A stretch of DNA of 64,000 bases, from positions 106,516,001 to 106,580,000 of the forward strand of contig NC_043005.1 in assembly GCF_006345805.1 (NCBI RefSeq). Direction: 5' to 3'. The position numbers and the translations under genes were made by a program. Of this stretch, positions 40,401 to 53,571 are shown piece after piece. Numbering within the stretch: the stretch's first letter is position 1; each line of letters opens with the position of its first letter. Under the pieces are notes generated by a model. The model searched no databases. It was not told the origin of the DNA and saw only the letters and a program-made list of their open reading frames with translations. The stretch comes from Octopus sinensis (taxonomy: Eukaryota).

Positions 40401-41419
40401 CACAACCAAAGTATTCTATAGGGGATTAGTGGAGGGGAGGTACGACGATGAGCTGGGCAAACCGGGCGTCGACGAGGAATACCTGACCCGCCTGTTTCAA
40501 ACGACTTTCGGCCCGGGACCTATGGACAACTTCCAGAGATCCCTGGCCTGGCGGTGCTACCGAGAAGCGCTACCCGTTCGGGATAAGCTCTATAGGCATG
40601 GCTCGAGAAACACGGGGCCGACCTGCCCGAGATGCGGGCAGAGCGACGAAACCGCTCTGCACGCAATCGTGCAGTGTCCAGCAATTTCCCACCTGTGGGC
40701 TTATGTCGAACGACTGCTGTCACGTGTGGGACGTGTCGGTTTATCAGCCGAGTCTATCGTTAATATCGTCACGCCTCCTTCCTTCAAACGGGAAGGAAGA
40801 GCTATTTATCTTACTTGTGGCTATGGCGAAAGAATGTATCTGGTGGACGCGCCTGAAAGGATTAGAGACAAACACTTTCCTCTCTGGTCAATCTCTCATC
40901 AACTTCTTCAAGTATCACTTGAAGAGGAAAGTGAGAGTAGAGAGGCAGGTTTTGTCTAGTGAATGTTTTAAAAAAAGATGGGTGAATGTAGCAAGGATGG
41001 CACGTATGAATGACGAAGCCACCTTGACTATGATTCTATGAACCGTAAAATTAATACAGAGAGTTGCTTATTTGCAAAAAAAAAAAAAAATAGAAATATA
41101 ACATGTGACTTCATTGACCGAGGTTACCGTGGTCTTTTCCGTAGGCTTTTCTTTCCACGGGTAAACCTCACCTGTTCTCCCCTTTACACTTCATATTGAC
41201 ATTTCTGTGATAACGATCCCTATTGATCAATTTTTTTGCTTTCCCTCCACCTTTTTTTTTTTTTATTAACCCCCTCCCTTTTTTTTGTCTTCTTTCTTTC
41301 CTTTTACGATCCCTTTTGATCGAAAACCACCACTCCCATTTTTTTTACCCCCAAAAGAAAAGCTCTACCTTGTAATTTGTTCTATCTGTGTGCAGCCCTG
41401 TGTGGCTAATAAAGAAACA
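37427..41419 (+). mobile_element. Tx1/L1-clade LINE: end of putative ORF1, ORF2 and 3' UTR
   Basis: Putative ORF1 stop at 37570; ORF2 from 37621; 3' UTR T-rich ending AATAAAGAAA, then (TATC)n. Confidence 0.95.
37621..41041 (+). pseudogene. Tx1-type ORF2 (AP endonuclease - RT - CCHC), disrupted by frameshifts and stops
   Basis: IGCVNARGL...AISET, LLLVGDWNA, SYTDHKL; YRPITLLNAD, QSKAFDR, SVRQGCPLS, AYADDVTV; CPRCGQSDETALHAIVQC. Confidence 0.93.
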
Positions 41420-41460
<41 letters not shown>

Positions 41461-41461
41461 G

Positions 41462-41507
<46 letters not shown>

Positions 41508-41541
41508 AATGATCTGTCTATTTACCTACCTACCTATTTGC

Positions 41542-41590
<49 letters not shown>

Positions 41591-41663
41591 AATCACCTAT
41601 TTATCTATCTATTTATCTATTTACCTAGCTAGTAGCTAGCTAACTACCTATCTACCTACCCAC

Positions 41664-41740
<77 letters not shown>

Positions 41741-41741
41741 A

Positions 41742-41773
<32 letters not shown>

Positions 41774-41842
41774 ATGTATGTATGTATGTATGTATGTATG
41801 TATCTATCTATCTATCTATCTATCTATCTAACTGTCTCTCTG

Positions 41843-41898
<56 letters not shown>

Positions 41899-41910
41899 AC
41901 TGTCTCTCTG

Positions 41911-41950
<40 letters not shown>

Positions 41951-42050
41951 CCTACCTACCTACCTACCTAATTACCTACTTACCTTCCTATTCATCTATC
42001 TATCTATCTACCTACCTACCTACCTACCTACCTACCTACCACCTACCTAT
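41420..42050. repeat. (TATC)n/(TACC)n/(TGTC)n compound array
   Basis: Direct repeats. Confidence 0.95.
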
Positions 42051-42619
42051 CTCTTCATTCATGCATCATTAAGATGTTTTAAGTGATATTATAAATCAAC
42101 ACCAACACAATTCTTCCTAACACCCTTCCGTCATTCCGCTCCACTCAACCCTACAGCATCCTTCCCCTCCTCCAGGCTTAACACGTTTCACCCTTCCTAC
42201 CAATATTGATGTCACTAAGAACAACTAAGTACCAAATCCTTGCAATGTAGAATTGAACCCACCACTCTTAATCCTCCACCGCCTTCCAAATCCCCTTCTC
42301 CTTACCAGACTCCACCAGCTTTCGTCTTGCGCTGCACCGAGTGAGATGGGTCAGGCTGGTTTTTAAAATGTTAAAATGTTGAGAGTTGCTGACAGAGTTG
42401 GTGGTGGTGGTGGTGGTGGTGTTGGCGATGGTGGTAGTGGTGGTGGTAGATGTATATTGGAAGGGAGTGTGATGAAATGGCAGGTATAGGGAGGTAGGGT
42501 GGCCACCACCAGTGAAATAGCCATTAAGATTTTTATCTGAGCAAATGTCAGTTTTATAGATATTAATTAGTCATAACGCATCTCCTCTTGTCGTCTTGCA
42601 TCCTTCTTACATTATCATC

Positions 42620-42623
42620 TCCA

Positions 42624-42657
<34 letters not shown>

Positions 42658-42732
42658 GATTATTATTATTATTATTATTATTATTATGATTATTGTTGTT
42701 GTTGTTGTTGTTCTTCTTCTTCTTCTTCTCTT

Positions 42733-42821
<89 letters not shown>

Positions 42822-42822
42822 A
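42620..42822. repeat. (TAT)n/(TGT)n/(TCT)n compound array
   Basis: Direct repeats. Confidence 0.9.
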
Positions 42823-43599
42823 GATGTTGTTTTCCATGTTCTTTCATTATTACCAATTTGTAATTTTTTCCCTTTTTTTGAAAAAAAAATATTTTAAACT
42901 CCTTGTTTATATTTTCTATTATTTATTATGTTATTTTTACTTAACGTCTAGCTCCCGCCCCCCACTTTCCCCACCCTTTACTCCCTTTTCTTCACAATTT
43001 ATTTTTATGTTTTAGAACTTTTTTTATATTGCTTTTTTTTGTTTTTTGTTTTTTTCTACACTTTTTCTTCTTACTTTTTGCAACAATCTGAAAATTCAAT
43101 TTATGAAAAGCAATTTTCATAAATGTTTAAAAAAAAAACTAACAACAAACAAAACATTGTAATAACAATGGCAACCACCACCACCACAACCACCACCACA
43201 ACCACCACCACCACTTCCATGACCACCACGTCTACCACCAATATCACTATAACTACAACTACAATCACAATAATAATAAAATTATTAATTTTGTAATTTA
43301 TGAGTGTAAGTATGCGTGTTCGTGTGAGTGTGCAAATTTGTATGTATGTGTTTGTATTTATGTGTATGGATGTGTATGTGTCTATGTATGTGTATGCATG
43401 TGTATTTGAATGTGTGCGTCTTGGTCTGTAAGAATACGTGTGTGGTGTGTGTGTGGTGTGTGTGTGTGTGTCTTTATTATGTGTTTATTTTATTTTGCAA
43501 TTCACAAAAGGTCTAAGTTTGTTACCAAATTAACAAATAGGGGGCAATGTTGTCTACAATGGTGACCCCCATCACATATAACAGGACCTGAGGCTGATA

Positions 43600-44119
43600 C
43601 TGAAGGTGATGGTGATGGTGATGGCGATGATGATGATGATGATGATGATGATGACGATGATGAACGGTAATTAGTGGGCGTGTAGGTGGTGGGGATGTCG
43701 ACGGTGATGGTGATGAGAAAGATGCGGATGGTTCTGCTAACAATGACGGTGGTAGTGGTGATAATGATGATGGTGGTATCAGCAGCAAGGATGATGATGA
43801 TAAGGAGGTGGATGAGAATAACGATGATGGTGGTGGTGTTGGTGATGATGGGGATGATGATCATAATGATGGTGGTGGTCATGGTCGTGGTGTTGCTGCT
43901 GCTGCCGTTGCTTTTGTTGTTGGTGGTAGCGATGGTGGTGATGATGGTGATGATGATGATGATGATGATGATGGTAGTGGTGATGGTGATGGTGGTGGTG
44001 GTGGCGGCCATGATGATGATGATGGTAGTGGTGGTAGTCGTGAATGTGATGATGATGGTGATGGTGGTGGTGGTGGTGATGATGATGATGATGATGACGA
44101 CGACGACGACGACGACGAC

Positions 44120-44150
<31 letters not shown>

Positions 44151-44212
44151 GTTATGGTGATGGTGATGGTGATGATGATGATGATGATGATGATGAGGAG
44201 GAGGAGGAGGAA
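43600..44212. repeat. (GAT)n/(GGT)n/(GAC)n trinucleotide low-complexity tract
   Basis: Direct repeats; source of poly-M/V/D/G pseudo-ORFs. Confidence 0.92.
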
Positions 44213-44807
44213 AATATTGGTTGAAATATTAGTGTATGTAATACTGACGCTGGTGTTTATGCTCCCGACGAGACTATCAATGGTAACCCAAGCATTTGTC
44301 AACAGCATTTTCCTTGTTTTATCTTTGTCTCGGCCCTGATCGATCAGGCCTAAACCTATAACCACAGAAATCCGGATCGTGTCCAAGCCTGGCTTGTTCA
44401 TATTTTGCAGGAATCCCAGATCACATGATCCTACTCTCAGAGGGCAGCAGCTAAATTTGAGGGTATCTGGCTGCTATTTCTAACAAGTCCTAGAGATTCT
44501 AGTTAGCTCGGGCAAACTCAAATATCGTTGCTAGTGGTCCTGGGTGGTGGCAGTGATAAGTCTAATGAAGGAGAGGGTGGCGATGGTAGTGTCGTGTTAT
44601 GAGATGTTGAGCGCAGTTTAGAAATTATGTAAAGATGCAAGATACTCTAGAAAATGATGAATATAATGGGAAAGTTAGTGAAAATAATTATTGTGTAAAG
44701 ATATTTATGGAAAAGGTGATTATATGAACACACACACCAGACAACACATACATGCACGTATAATATATATATATATTATATATATATATATATATTCATA
44801 CATATAT

Positions 44808-44861
<54 letters not shown>

Positions 44862-44864
44862 TAC

Positions 44865-44911
<47 letters not shown>

Positions 44912-45014
44912 TACATATGAATATATATACATATACATATACATACATATATATACACACATATATATACATATATATTAATATGTATACACCCGCACAT
45001 ATTCATATATATCA

Positions 45015-45049
<35 letters not shown>

Positions 45050-45301
45050 ATATATATATAATATATATATATATATACATAAATATACATGTATATTAAT
45101 ATGTATACACACACATATATATTATTTATATATACATAAACATAACAAACACACATATGCTCACGCATACATACATGGAAATTATACTTATGACGGAATG
45201 TTTATAAGAATGGTGATTATATAGTGAGATTGATGAAAAATGGTGATTAATGTTAATGAAAACTGTGATGATACGATTGTGTTTATAATAATATTAATTA
45301 T

Positions 45302-45665
45302 AGGCGCAGGAGTGGTTGTGTGGTAAGTAGCTTGCTTAACAACCATATGGTTCCGGGTTCAGTTCCACTGCGTGGCACCTTGTACAGGTGTCTTCTGCTA
45401 TAGCCTCGGGCTGACCAAAGCCTTGTGAGTGGATTTGGTAGACAGAAACTGAAAGAAGCCCGTCGTATATATGTATATATATGTGTGTGTATATGTTTGT
45501 GCGTCTGTGCTTGTCACCCCCACCAACATCGCTTGACAACCGATGGTGGTGTGTTTAGTCCCCGTAACTTAGCGGTTCGGCAAAAGATACCGATAGAATA
45601 AGTGCTAGGCTTACAAAGAATAAGTCCTGGTGTCGATTTGCTGGACTAAAGACGGTGCTCCAGAA
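45302..45665 (+). mobile_element. SINE family A, nearly full
   Basis: GGAGTGGTTGTGTGGTAAG...GGGTTCAGTTCC (B box-like)...GTCCCCGTAACTTAGCGGTTCGGC. Confidence 0.92.
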
Positions 45666-46251
45666 CATATATTAACATGGCTGTCTAAATATTCATGATG
45701 GTCTATATATTCGAGGCATGACTTCAATCGGAAGCCATAACGTATTGCATGATTCTGTGAAGTGATTAAGAAGAGACAGTCGATACAGTTATTGCCCCAA
45801 TGTATTTATTGTGCCGCCAAGTTAAAACAACGGGCCAAATATTGTTGTGTGAGACCATTAAGAAAAGTTATGCTCAGTTTTGAAAATCAGTTGCCTCCTG
45901 GGACACGACTGTAGTTTTGAAAGTACAAAAGAAAGAGGACATATATAGACCGTTAATGAGGAGTCTGTAAATTCAGTACCCAACATATGATTTCAGCTTC
46001 GTATCTATTATTATTAACCCGTCTGGAACAAAAATATGGCTGAATTCATAACAAAAATATGGCTGAATTCATAAGCTACAAATGATCACGATATCTGGAA
46101 GTATAAAAATATGCAAGATCATCTTTGGATTTGAAGGACGATGAACAAAGCAAGATGCTTTCCTTGACAACCTTGCTACTAAGTCGGTGGCCGATCAAAA
46201 CTTACTCTAGATCAAAAAGAGAAAGAGATGACATGCATACATACGTACATA

Positions 46252-46495
46252 TTCTTTTACTCTTTTACTTGTTTCAGTCATTTGACTGTGGCCATGCTGG
46301 AGCACCGGCATTAGCCGAGCAAATCGACCCCAGGACTTATACTTTGTAAGCCTAGTACTTATTCGATCGGTTTCTTTTGCCGAACCGCTAAGTTACGGGG
46401 ACGTAAACACACCAGCATTGGTTGTCAAGCGATGTTGGGGGGACAAACACAGACACACAAACGTATACACACACACACACATACACACATATATC

Positions 46496-46551
<56 letters not shown>

Positions 46552-46713
46552 CGACAGGCTTCTTTAAGTTTCCATCTACCAAATCCACTCACAAGGCCTT
46601 GGTCGGCCCAAGGCTATAGTAGAAGACACCTGCCCAAGGTGCCACGCAGTTGGACTGAACCTGGAACTATGAGGTTCGTAAGTTAGCTACTTAACACACA
46701 GCCACTCCTACGT
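46252..46713 (-). mobile_element. SINE family A, full with internal CA/TA microsatellite
   Basis: All family A modules in reverse order. Confidence 0.92.
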
Positions 46714-47212
46714 CTACGTACATACATTTATACATACATTCAAGCACTTAGTACACCATGACATGAATCTAAGCCATGGTGAAGGCCACTGAACCCACGT
46801 GATTGAGAATTGTAGCAGGAAATCCTGAGGGATGCTCTTCATTGAATTTATTGTAAGCATTTACGCTACTTTCTACCAGCATTTAAAAGAAACGTGCAGA
46901 AAGGCCTGCACAAGCCTTCGCCACTTAAAAAAGTCATCTGTGTGAGCCACCTCACGGTTATATAAGGTTGTTGAAGCGTCCTACGTTGAAATCGATGGGG
47001 CAACCGAATACATGTGTAATTATAAACACACGCACACACAGATACACGCACGCACATGCATGCGCACGCGCGCACACAGAGACACAAACAGATTCACACA
47101 CACAACCCAACGTGACCCGTAGATAATTGCATTTGTTCAATCATTGAAATTGAGTGGCAATCGAAGGATTCAGGAAGTTAGAAGGAATAAATAGCCATTA
47201 TGAGATACATTG

Positions 47213-47872
47213 AGGCGTCAAGCTGACAGAATCGTTTGAACGCCGGGAAAAATGCTTAACAGTAACAATTCGTGTAACGTTCTGAGTTCAAATTCCGCCA
47301 AGGTCGACTTTGCCTTTCATCCATTCGGGGTCGATAAATAAAGTACCAGTAACGCACTGGGGTCGATGTCATCGATTTAATCCATTTGTCTGTCCTTGTT
47401 TGTCCCTTCTATGTTTGGCCCCTTGGTATTTCGTCTGCCGCTACGTTCTGAGTTCAAATTCCGCCGAAGTCGACTTTGCCTTTCATCCTTTCGGGGTCGA
47501 TTAAATAAGTACCAGTTACGCACTGGGGTCGATATAATCGACTTAATCCGTTTGTCTGTCCTTGTTTGTCCTCTCTGTGTTCAGCCCCTTGTGGGTAGTA
47601 AAGAAATAGGTATTTCGCCCGCCGCCACGTTCTGAGTTCAAATTCCGCCGAGGTCGACTTTGCCTTTCATCCTTTCGGGGTCGATAAATTAAATACCAGT
47701 TACGCACTGGGGTCGATGTCATCGACTTAATCCCTTTGTCTGTCCTTGTTTGTCCCCTCTGTGTTTAGCCCTTTGTGGGCAATAAAGAAAAAGAATAAGT
47801 ACTGGGATCGATGTAATCGACTTACTACCACACTCGAAATTGCTGGCCTTGTGCCAAAATTTGAAATCATCA
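47213..47872 (+). mobile_element. SINE family B tandem: three body+Tx1-like-tail units of about 160-185 bp, then a standard tail
   Basis: Repeated GTATTTCG...GAGTTCAAATTCCGCCGAGGTCGAC...TGTCTGTCCTTGTTTGTCC; junctions at 47425/6 and 47609/10. Confidence 0.93.
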
Positions 47873-48119
47873 TGTGATTCATTCAGGTTAATTGCTCCTC
47901 TGCTTTCTCGAATATAACGATGTATACATAGTGTGCAGACACCCGATATAAGAGACAGACATACACCCGCGGGTGTATGTATATCTAAAACCTCGACCAA
48001 AACTAAACGCGAAAGCCAATTCAGTAAACATAAGAGATGCAGATAGACTAAACAATAAAACAAACAGCTCAGTGCCTTCCTTTCACATTCATCATCATCA
48101 TCACATCATTATTCTCCAC

Positions 48120-48725
48120 TTCCTCCCCTCCTCCTCCTCCTCCGCCTACTCCTCCTCCTCATCATCACCACCATCATCGTCGTCGTTGTCACCACTCTCA
48201 TCATCAATACTTATGGCTCAACAACAACATTACCACCGCCTCCACCGCCGATACCACCACCGCCGTCACCACCGCCACCACCACCGCCGACACCACCTCC
48301 ACCACCACCACCACCGACACCGCTGCCTCCACCCCCACCCCACCACCTCCACCTCCACCACCACCACTGGCACCAGCGCCACCGCCGACATCACCACGAC
48401 CTCCACCACCACCACCACCGACACCGCTGCCACCACCACCATCTCCACCCCCACCCCACCACCTCCACCTCCACCACCACCATTGGCACCAGCGCCACCG
48501 CCGCCATCACCACCACCTCCACCACCACCACCACCACCACCGACACCGCTGCCACCACCACCATCTCCACCCCCACCCCACCACCATTGGCACCAGCGCC
48601 ACCACCGCCATCACCACCACCTCCACCACCACCACCACCGACACCGCTGCCACCACCACCATCTCCACCACCATTGGCACCAGCGCCACCGCCGCCATCA
48701 CCACCACCTCCACCACCACCACGAC
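48120..48725. repeat. (CCA)n-based tract with about 90-115-bp higher-order repeats
   Basis: CCA(T/C)TGGCACCAGCGCC recurs at about 48365, 48480, 48584 and 48670. Confidence 0.9.
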
Positions 48726-49411
48726 TGCTAATTGACAAACAATCCATTTCTTTAAAGAGAATCTGATAGAAATGAAAACGAAACTGAAAAGTTAATCAAT
48801 AAAATATATTCTTCAGTGTTTTCATGAAAATAAATGGTAAAAAAGTAAAATCTACAAAATGCATTTGGTAACATTGGCGGAGGAGTATTGACTGTGCTCT
48901 TAAGGAGTTCGCTTCGCATCCGATTGGTTGCAGCTCCTGACTCACTGTGCAACACCCTGGGTAACTTGTGCAATTGCTCCATACCAAACAATTGACTAAT
49001 GACTTGTGAGTGGAGTTGGTAGGGGAAAATGTGCGGAAGCCCATTGAGTGTGTTCACGCATACTACATACACGTGTGTGTGTTCTAATCCTAGTTTTATG
49101 CTTTTTTTTTAATTGCTAGGTCTAGAGAAGATATCTGTACCCATGACCTTTTCAGGCCCGCCAATCAGGTGAGATTGATGTCGCTAATATCTCACTTGAA
49201 CTTTTGTAAGTCAACACCTGTGAGAAAGATAGCAAGGAGGGACTTCCAGGGTTAAGATATTCCACGAAGAAAGATTGAGTAGTGATTAGTAGTGGTAGCA
49301 GTTGTAATTGTGGTGGGGTTGGATATGATAATAATGACTGGAAAAGAGATGCGAGGGACGGCAGTGTCTTAGTGGATGCGGCATGAGCCCAGGCAGTGCC
49401 AAGGAGGAAAG

Positions 49412-50060
49412 TCTATTTTCTTTAATTAAATGTTACAGTAGAATTACACCACATCTCTTTTTCAATGTCCAAAGCATGTTTAGAATGTCCACTGGATAAT
49501 TACAAGGACTGTCTTCATTTTCGCAGGAAATGATCCTTTTGTAAGAAACCGTGTCCCCATCAAATTTATTGATTACTCCTTCATTTACAGGGTCAACACC
49601 CTCATTGGTAGCGAGTAGTATTGCTCAGTCTGCCGAATTCAGTGAGCGGCAAAACTGATTCATTTATTTTACTTTCACTCGCTGCCACCTCAACACCATT
49701 TGGGAGTTCAATCTTGCCATGATAGTAAAGTTACTCCGCACGATTCAAAAAATCATCCCAGCCACGAAATTTTCATTTCTGTAGATGCACGTTGGTAGTA
49801 AATTTCAGCTTCGTATTCTCTTCCGAAAAGGAAACTGGGCCATAACCATGTTCAATACAGTTGCACCGACAGCCTTCTATAATATAGAAGAGTTTATCGT
49901 AACTCATCTAAAAACAGATCGTGCGCTTATCTCAAAATTTGGAATGTTTCATTCCAACAGTTTCGAATTAGTTTGCCGCTTTGTCGTCGATACTAATGTT
50001 GCAAATAGAATGTTTATGAATGGAAATTACAAAGTTGAATAAGCTAAAGACTGATTTTTG
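49412..50060 (-). mobile_element. Helitron PIF1-type helicase relic
   Basis: LKFTTNVHL, IELPNG, AILLATNEGVDPVNEGVINKFDG...NYPVDILN...LK.. resembles Helitron AILAPTN...YPVEFLN; stops and frameshifts. Confidence 0.75.
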
Positions 50061-50123
50061 TCCAAAAATGCAACCAGTTTTGAAGATACATTAATCCTAA
50101 ACATGGTTTCTTATGATATTTTC

Positions 50124-50508
50124 TATTGTAGGCACTAGGCCTGAAGTTTTGGGGGAGGGGACTAGTCGATTACATCGATCCCAGAATTTCACTGGTACTT
50201 AATTTATCGACCCTGAAAGGATGAAAGGCAAAGTCGACCTCGGCGGAATTTGAACTCAGAACGTAGCGGCAGACGAAATACCTATTTCTTTACTACCCAC
50301 AAGAGGCTAAACACAGAGAGGACAAACAAGGACAGACAAACGGATTAAGTCGATTATATCGACCCCAGTGCGTAACTGGTACTTATTTAATCGACCCCGA
50401 AAGGATGAAAAGCAAAGTCGACCTCAGCGCAATTTGAACGTAACTGAAGACGAAATACGGCTACGCATTTCGCCCGGCGTGCTAACATTTCTGCCAGTTC
50501 GCCGCCTT
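50124..50508 (-). mobile_element. SINE family B: head-body-Tx1-like tail plus second body with standard tail
   Basis: Reverse complement ...GTAGTAAAGAAATAG|GTATTTCG at 50282/50281. Confidence 0.92.
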
Positions 50509-50700
50509 CAATCTAGATCCCATATCGGAGACAAGAACAACATCCAGTCGAGTGCAGGAAGCCACATTCTTTCTACTCCACAAATATCGTTGCTCATTTT
50601 CATGTTCTCAAATAGTAACTTTTCAAATAATCGAATAATTTTCATCGTAAGATTCTGAATAAAGACTGTCATCATTTGCTAATATTTCATATTTTCTTCC

Positions 50701-50772
<72 letters not shown>

Positions 50773-51293
50773 TTTAACTTGGTAATTCTCTTTCATCGTA
50801 GAAAAACTTCTTTAACATAAATACAACATATATCAATAATCACAGTCAGATCTCACATATATCATACTTATATTTTAAAAGGGAAGGAAAGAAACTCGTG
50901 TGCACAAAATAAATTGATATTTAAATAAAATTCAATAGAATTTTAAATCATGAAAATAAAACAAAAAAAAAGAGCAAGAAAATACTTCTTAAATAGCCAA
51001 ATCCGTTTGAAAACTTGCCCACAAATTCTTCTGATAATATCCTCTCTCTCCCCCTCTGCATTTCGTCTTAACATTATGTATTTACTCTTGTACGGTCTGC
51101 CAAATTTTATTATTAAATTTTAAATTTGGTGTTGTTGTTTGTGGCTTCGGGTCATGTAATTTTAAAGCCATCATTTATAGCTGTCATCTCAACATCCTAC
51201 GCTACACAATTTCGATTAGGGCTTATAGGTAAGTGCAAGTGGTGGCATTTCTTGGACGAAGATTACATAAATAAATCCAATTGTCTGCACACA

Positions 51294-51335
<42 letters not shown>

Positions 51336-51344
51336 CACACACAT

Positions 51345-51365
<21 letters not shown>

Positions 51366-51379
<14 letters not shown>

Positions 51380-51908
51380 CACACACACACATATATATAT
51401 ATACACACATATATATATATACATATACATATATAAGACAGACTTCTTTCAGTTTCCATCTACCAAATCCACTAACAATGCTTTGGTCGCCAGGGGCTAT
51501 AGTAGAAAACACTTGCCCAAGTGCCACGCAGTGGGTCTGAACCTCGAACCATGTCGTTGGTAAACAAGCTACTTATCACACAGCCAATGTATGTATATCT
51601 ATGTGCGTGTCTTTGTGTCTAAGTTTGTTCTCCTTTCACCGCTTGACCACCAGTTTTAGTGTTTTTGTGTCTCCGTAACCTTGCGGTTCGGTAAAAAATA
51701 TCGGCTTAAAGTTTCACAGACCTCTAACTTAATCCCGAGCTTCTCTCAAAAGCTCGCGAGACTTCAAGCTGCATGGAGCCGAATCAAGCTAAGAGTGTAC
51801 GTTCGAAACGTATAAGACTCTCCCACTTCCCGAGCGTTAAACTAATAAATATGTTTGTTGTTTACACACTCGTCTTCGTCTTTTGTTATTTTCTAAATTC
51901 TCACTATG

Positions 51909-51973
<65 letters not shown>

Positions 51974-51976
51974 TAT

Positions 51977-52036
<60 letters not shown>

Positions 52037-52644
52037 ATATACATATATACATACATATATATATATATACATACATACATACATATATATATACATATAC
52101 ATACATATATATACACACACACACACATATATATATATACACACATATATATATATACATATACATATATAAGACAGACTTCTTTCAGTTTCCATCTACC
52201 AAATCCACTAACAATGCTTTGGTCGCCAGGGGCTATAGTAGAAAACACTTGCCCAAGTGCCACGCAGTGGGTCTGAACCTCGAACCATGTCGTTGGTAAA
52301 CAAGCTACTTATCACACAGCCAATGTATGTATATCTATGTGCGTGTCTTTGTGTCTAAGTTTGTTCTCCTTTCACCGCTTGACCACCAGTTTTAGTGTTT
52401 TTGTGTCTCCGTAACCTTGCGGTTCGGTAAAAAATATCGGCTTAAAGTTCACAGACCTCTAACTTAATCCCGAGCTTCTCTCAAAAGCTCGCGAGACTTC
52501 AAGCTGCATGGAGCCGAATCAAGCTAAGAGTGTACGTTCGAAACGTATAAGACTTTCCCCACTTCCCGAGCGTTAAACTAATAAATATGTTTGTTGTTTA
52601 CACACTCGTCTTCGTCTTTTGTTATTTTCTAAATTCTCACTATG

Positions 52645-52660
<16 letters not shown>
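51366..52660. repeat. Tandem duplication, period 736 bp
   Basis: 51435-51910 versus 52171-52646 differ by about 1 substitution and 2 single-base indels. Confidence 0.95.
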
Positions 52661-52708
<48 letters not shown>

Positions 52709-52709
52709 G

Positions 52710-52779
<70 letters not shown>

Positions 52780-53272
52780 CATATATACATACATATATAT
52801 ATATATATACATACATACATACATACATATACATATACATACATATATATACACACACACATGAGGCTAGTCTGATGAAGTTTGAGCATTCATAACTTTG
52901 AAGCCACTCTCGTACTTAACTTGCAGAGTTGATAAGTGTTCTCTAAAATGTATTGAATAATCCATCAGTTTCATGTTAAATAGGTTTTGTATACATCACA
53001 TAAAGCAATCATTTGTAGGTAGGTGTCTGTGTATGTATGCGTGTATGTGTGCATGTGTGTGTATGTGCGCCTCATTTCACTTACAACGCATTTTAATACG
53101 ACATGACAGTAGAGGACACCTGCTCCATGTACCTTACTAAAGAATCGAACATGAAGCCACGTCGCTTCGAAGCCAACTTCCTAAATACTCAACCATGCCT
53201 GCGCTTATGGGAATATATACGAATGTATATATACACACGCACTCATCCAACCAACCATCCACCCAGCCATTC

Positions 53273-53401
<129 letters not shown>

Positions 53402-53498
53402 ATATAATATATATATATATGTGTGTATGTATAAATATCTATATGCATAATTACCTATCCCTCTCTTCTCTCACTATTTATGGATGTATATATGTATA

Positions 53499-53571
<73 letters not shown>

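Noticed and set aside
47213-47872. CRISPR-like array
   Set aside because: Units are SINE bodies with no unique spacers, in a eukaryotic context with no cas genes.
52862-52915. CTGATGA + hairpin + TGAAG hammerhead-like motif
   Set aside because: GAAA is mutated and no stem I partner was found.
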